Source of the DNA: Magallana gigas
Lineage: Eukaryota
Assembly (NCBI RefSeq): GCF_963853765.1
Contig: NC_088857.1
Location: 56,234,001 to 56,298,000, forward strand
DNA length: 64,000 nt
Reading direction: 5' to 3'
Shown: positions 61,249-64,000 of the stretch, piece by piece
How positions within the stretch are numbered: the stretch's first letter is position 1
Layout of the letters: each line of letters starts with the position of its first letter
The notes under the pieces: generated by a model
What the model was told of the DNA's origin: nothing
The model's input: only the letters and a program-made list of their open reading frames with translations
The model's database searches: none
Translations under genes and position numbers: made by a program

Positions 61249-61313
61249 ATGGCAACTAAACGGCCCAGTCTGAAGGACCGAATGATTGAAAAAATCAACT
61301 CAGGAACGGCAAG
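61249..61313 (+). CDS. Possible first coding exon of an unidentified gene (MATKRPSLKDRMIEKINSGTA-)
   Basis: Acceptor ATGCAG| at 61209, GCCATGG Kozak-like start, strong donor AAG|GTAATT at 61313; no downstream exon identified. Confidence 0.4.
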
Positions 61314-61321
61314 GTAATTCA

Positions 61322-61597
61322 TGCATACAAAAATTCAGATGTACTAAAATTCAGATGTACAGAAATTCAGATATATAAAAATTTAAATGTACAAAAACTC
61401 AAATCAACAAAAATTCAGATCTACAAAAATTCAGATCTGCAAAAATTCAGATATACAAAAATTCAGATGTACAAAAATTCAGGTATACAAAAATTCAGAT
61501 ATACAAAAATTCAGATATACAAAAATTCAGATGTACAAAAATTCAGGTATACAAAAATTCAGATATACAAAAATTCAGATTTACAAAAATTCAGATG
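61322..61597. repeat. 16-bp minisatellite, ~17 copies
   Basis: Unit TACAAAAATTCAGAT(A/G). Confidence 0.9.
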
Positions 61598-64000
61598 ACA
61601 TTAAGTTAGTTCAGCAGCTTAAGCAACCATTGCTGCTCAACGGCGGTGAGTTCCCTGTGTAGGTTTATGACACCTGAGTGAATGAAAGAATCTCCATAGG
61701 ATGTTAAACAGCAATCAGTCTTTATCAAAATAAAAATTGCCTAAAAAAATAATTTCCATTGAAAATATTTTAGTTACATGTAGGTCTTGTAAAATTTGTA
61801 CTAAGTGACACATAAGCTAATAGCGAATCTGAAAATTTTATTAAAAGAATATGAGTTTTGATTTGTCCATTTTATCAATTGTTTTCTGCTCATAATGTAA
61901 AGACACATCCTTTCTTTTTGTCTAGTGGTGATTGATAGATGGCACTGTCTTGTTTTGGTGTATTAATGACAGTGGGAGTGTGTTAACAATTGAGTTTTAT
62001 TTAGTGTTTATCATTTGCTAATTTTGTAAGACAATTTCAATGGATTTGTATAATTTTCTGAAAGTCTTTTGAAAATTAATCATAAAAAAGGGTAGTTTTG
62101 GGGTTTTGAAAACTATTAGATGGAAGAAATGACACTCTGGCAATCAGACAGTTAATCAGGGCTTCAGGAATCACGAGATTTGTCCAGATTCACGTGGGAC
62201 GATGGTTAATATCCAACACTCGGTGATCAGGGAGGGAAAAGATTAACAATGGCCGGATGTCGAGCAGTGGATATCTCTCTAGATCAAGTTAAGAACAGTG
62301 CTCAGTTTTTGAGAAGCTGTATTGATTGGAGCCGCATCTTTTGGATGGAATCTGTCAAGTTAGAGCAACATGGAAAAAGGAATCTGTACCGATCATAACT
62401 TGATTAACTTCTGGCCATTTCACTCCATCAACCATTCAACCCACCATTGAGGCCAATCAAATTACAGCCTTCTAGCGGTCGTCACCGCTGTACAGATGTT
62501 GTAGTAGAACGGGAAACTGGGTACTGGGGCTCAGTCAGAATGGAAAATGGGGAAACTGGGTACTGGGGCTCAATCAGAATGGAAAATGGTCAAGTTAACA
62601 AAAATTGATCAATTGTTTTGTCATAGTCCAAAAAATTTTTGGGAAATAAGCATGATAAGGGGAAGAGGACGGTAGTGATTTTCCTGGCCGTTTCTTGCGA
62701 AGGACATATTTTGTCAGAGTATAGATATGTGTATAAATCTAGGTGAAAACTTTACGCTAAATTAAGACCTTGATAGCAATCCATGAGTCAACTTCTTGGT
62801 CATGCTTTATCTACACAAACTAAAAAAAACCTTTTTTTTTACTTATTTTTTATCAGTAACAAAATTTGTCAATATAATTACAGTTTTATTAGTGCCTGGT
62901 TATTCCGGAGCAACAAGTTTTTTGGAGATAACGAGTTTAAACGAATAACAAAGAGCCATTCTAGGAGGCCTGTTTGATGAAGTTCTGATGATGACATGCT
63001 GGGTTTCTAGGTCAACAATGCATGTATTGTTATGTGTAGTGCAGTCACTGTCTGGGTTTTACGTAACACTGAGCTTTATGATGCTGATACAGAGGGAGTA
63101 TCTATCTTTTTTTGTAGAGAAACAATCAAAATTACATAAGCAGGTTTCTTAGCCTTAATTAGCATACACAGTTATCATTGTGTACAATAAGGGTTCTTTT
63201 AAAATTGTAGTACCGGTACATACATGTACAAGGAAAGCAGAAAAATGCCTTTAAGATTAGTTGGTATTGCTACTGATAGAAACAATATACCAGGTGTGTC
63301 TGTGTTGGGGCGGGGATAAAACCCAGTACTCCGTGTAGCGGCTCCATTACATAATGATTTTACAGAAATATTTCTGTTCATAGCATTACATCCTCATGAA
63401 CCTTGATTTTTGACAATTCATTTTATGATTACACAGGAAGTAATTTCCAGAATGAAATTCTATATGATTTAACATTGTCTGATATACGGAAGTTCTCAAT
63501 ATTTCGAATTGCAGTAATATTCATAATATCCATGTTGACTAACATATATGGTTTGTTTATGTGAAAGTTACATTAATGTACTTTATTAGCAGAAAGAAAA
63601 TCTATATCTATATGAATGAAAATCATGATAAATTTACAGCATTGATAAAATACTCAATTACACATGGATTACCCGAGGATTTTATGAAAATAAATATCAA
63701 AGAATATATAGAAATCCACCATGTTACATGATGTACTGTAGGCAATGATAATAATCAGGTATTGATAAATTTCTAACAGCATGTAAACATTCAATTATAG
63801 TAGATGAAGCTTGCGAGGGGTTGTTACGTAATGATACGCATGAATCACCAGCGAAGGGCATGTTATTGATTGCGATGTTTGGAAGGTAGACCTATTAGAA
63901 GCTCATCTTTCATTGGTATATGTTATTGGCAATAATGTCCTGCAATTGAAGAAATGCTGTTGAATGAAATTGATTTACATGATAGCGATGTCTTGTGTAA

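Noticed and set aside
61387-61662. 91-aa repetitive ORF
   Set aside because: Translation of the 16-bp minisatellite.

Overview
AT-rich, intron-containing animal genomic DNA. The repeat landscape (Helentron/HINE elements with ~170-bp satellite cores, poly-G/C MITEs), the B-box/NHL TRIM gene and a PADRE-type TALE homeobox point to a bivalve, probably an oyster (inference). I assembled gene models by hand from splice signals and reading-frame continuity. (1) A full-length Harbinger transposon (1116-5971) with a Myb/SANT gene and a transposase broken by one TAG. (2) A 4-exon, probably non-catalytic cholinesterase-fold type I membrane protein (8069-13464). (3) An 11-exon, strongly diverged mitochondrial poly(A) polymerase-like gene on the minus strand (28518->15030). 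(4) An intronless TALE homeobox gene nested antisense in intron 3 of that gene (24701-25657), behind a 56-bp tandem array, five CCAAT boxes and a TATA box. (5) A 10-exon TUT1/Star-PAP gene (28818-38226) head-to-head with gene 3, start codons 300 bp apart. (6) An intronless B-box/coiled-coil/NHL gene (42951-44615). Also present: a 369-bp mini LTR retrotransposon with a tRNA cloverleaf in each LTR, a Helentron body amplified 5 x 795 bp with another Helentron nested inside, and many MITEs. A recurring oddity is that tandem duplications repeatedly copy splice donors, splice acceptors or the stop codon of the host genes. No database searches or transcript data were available, so all identities rest on motif recognition.
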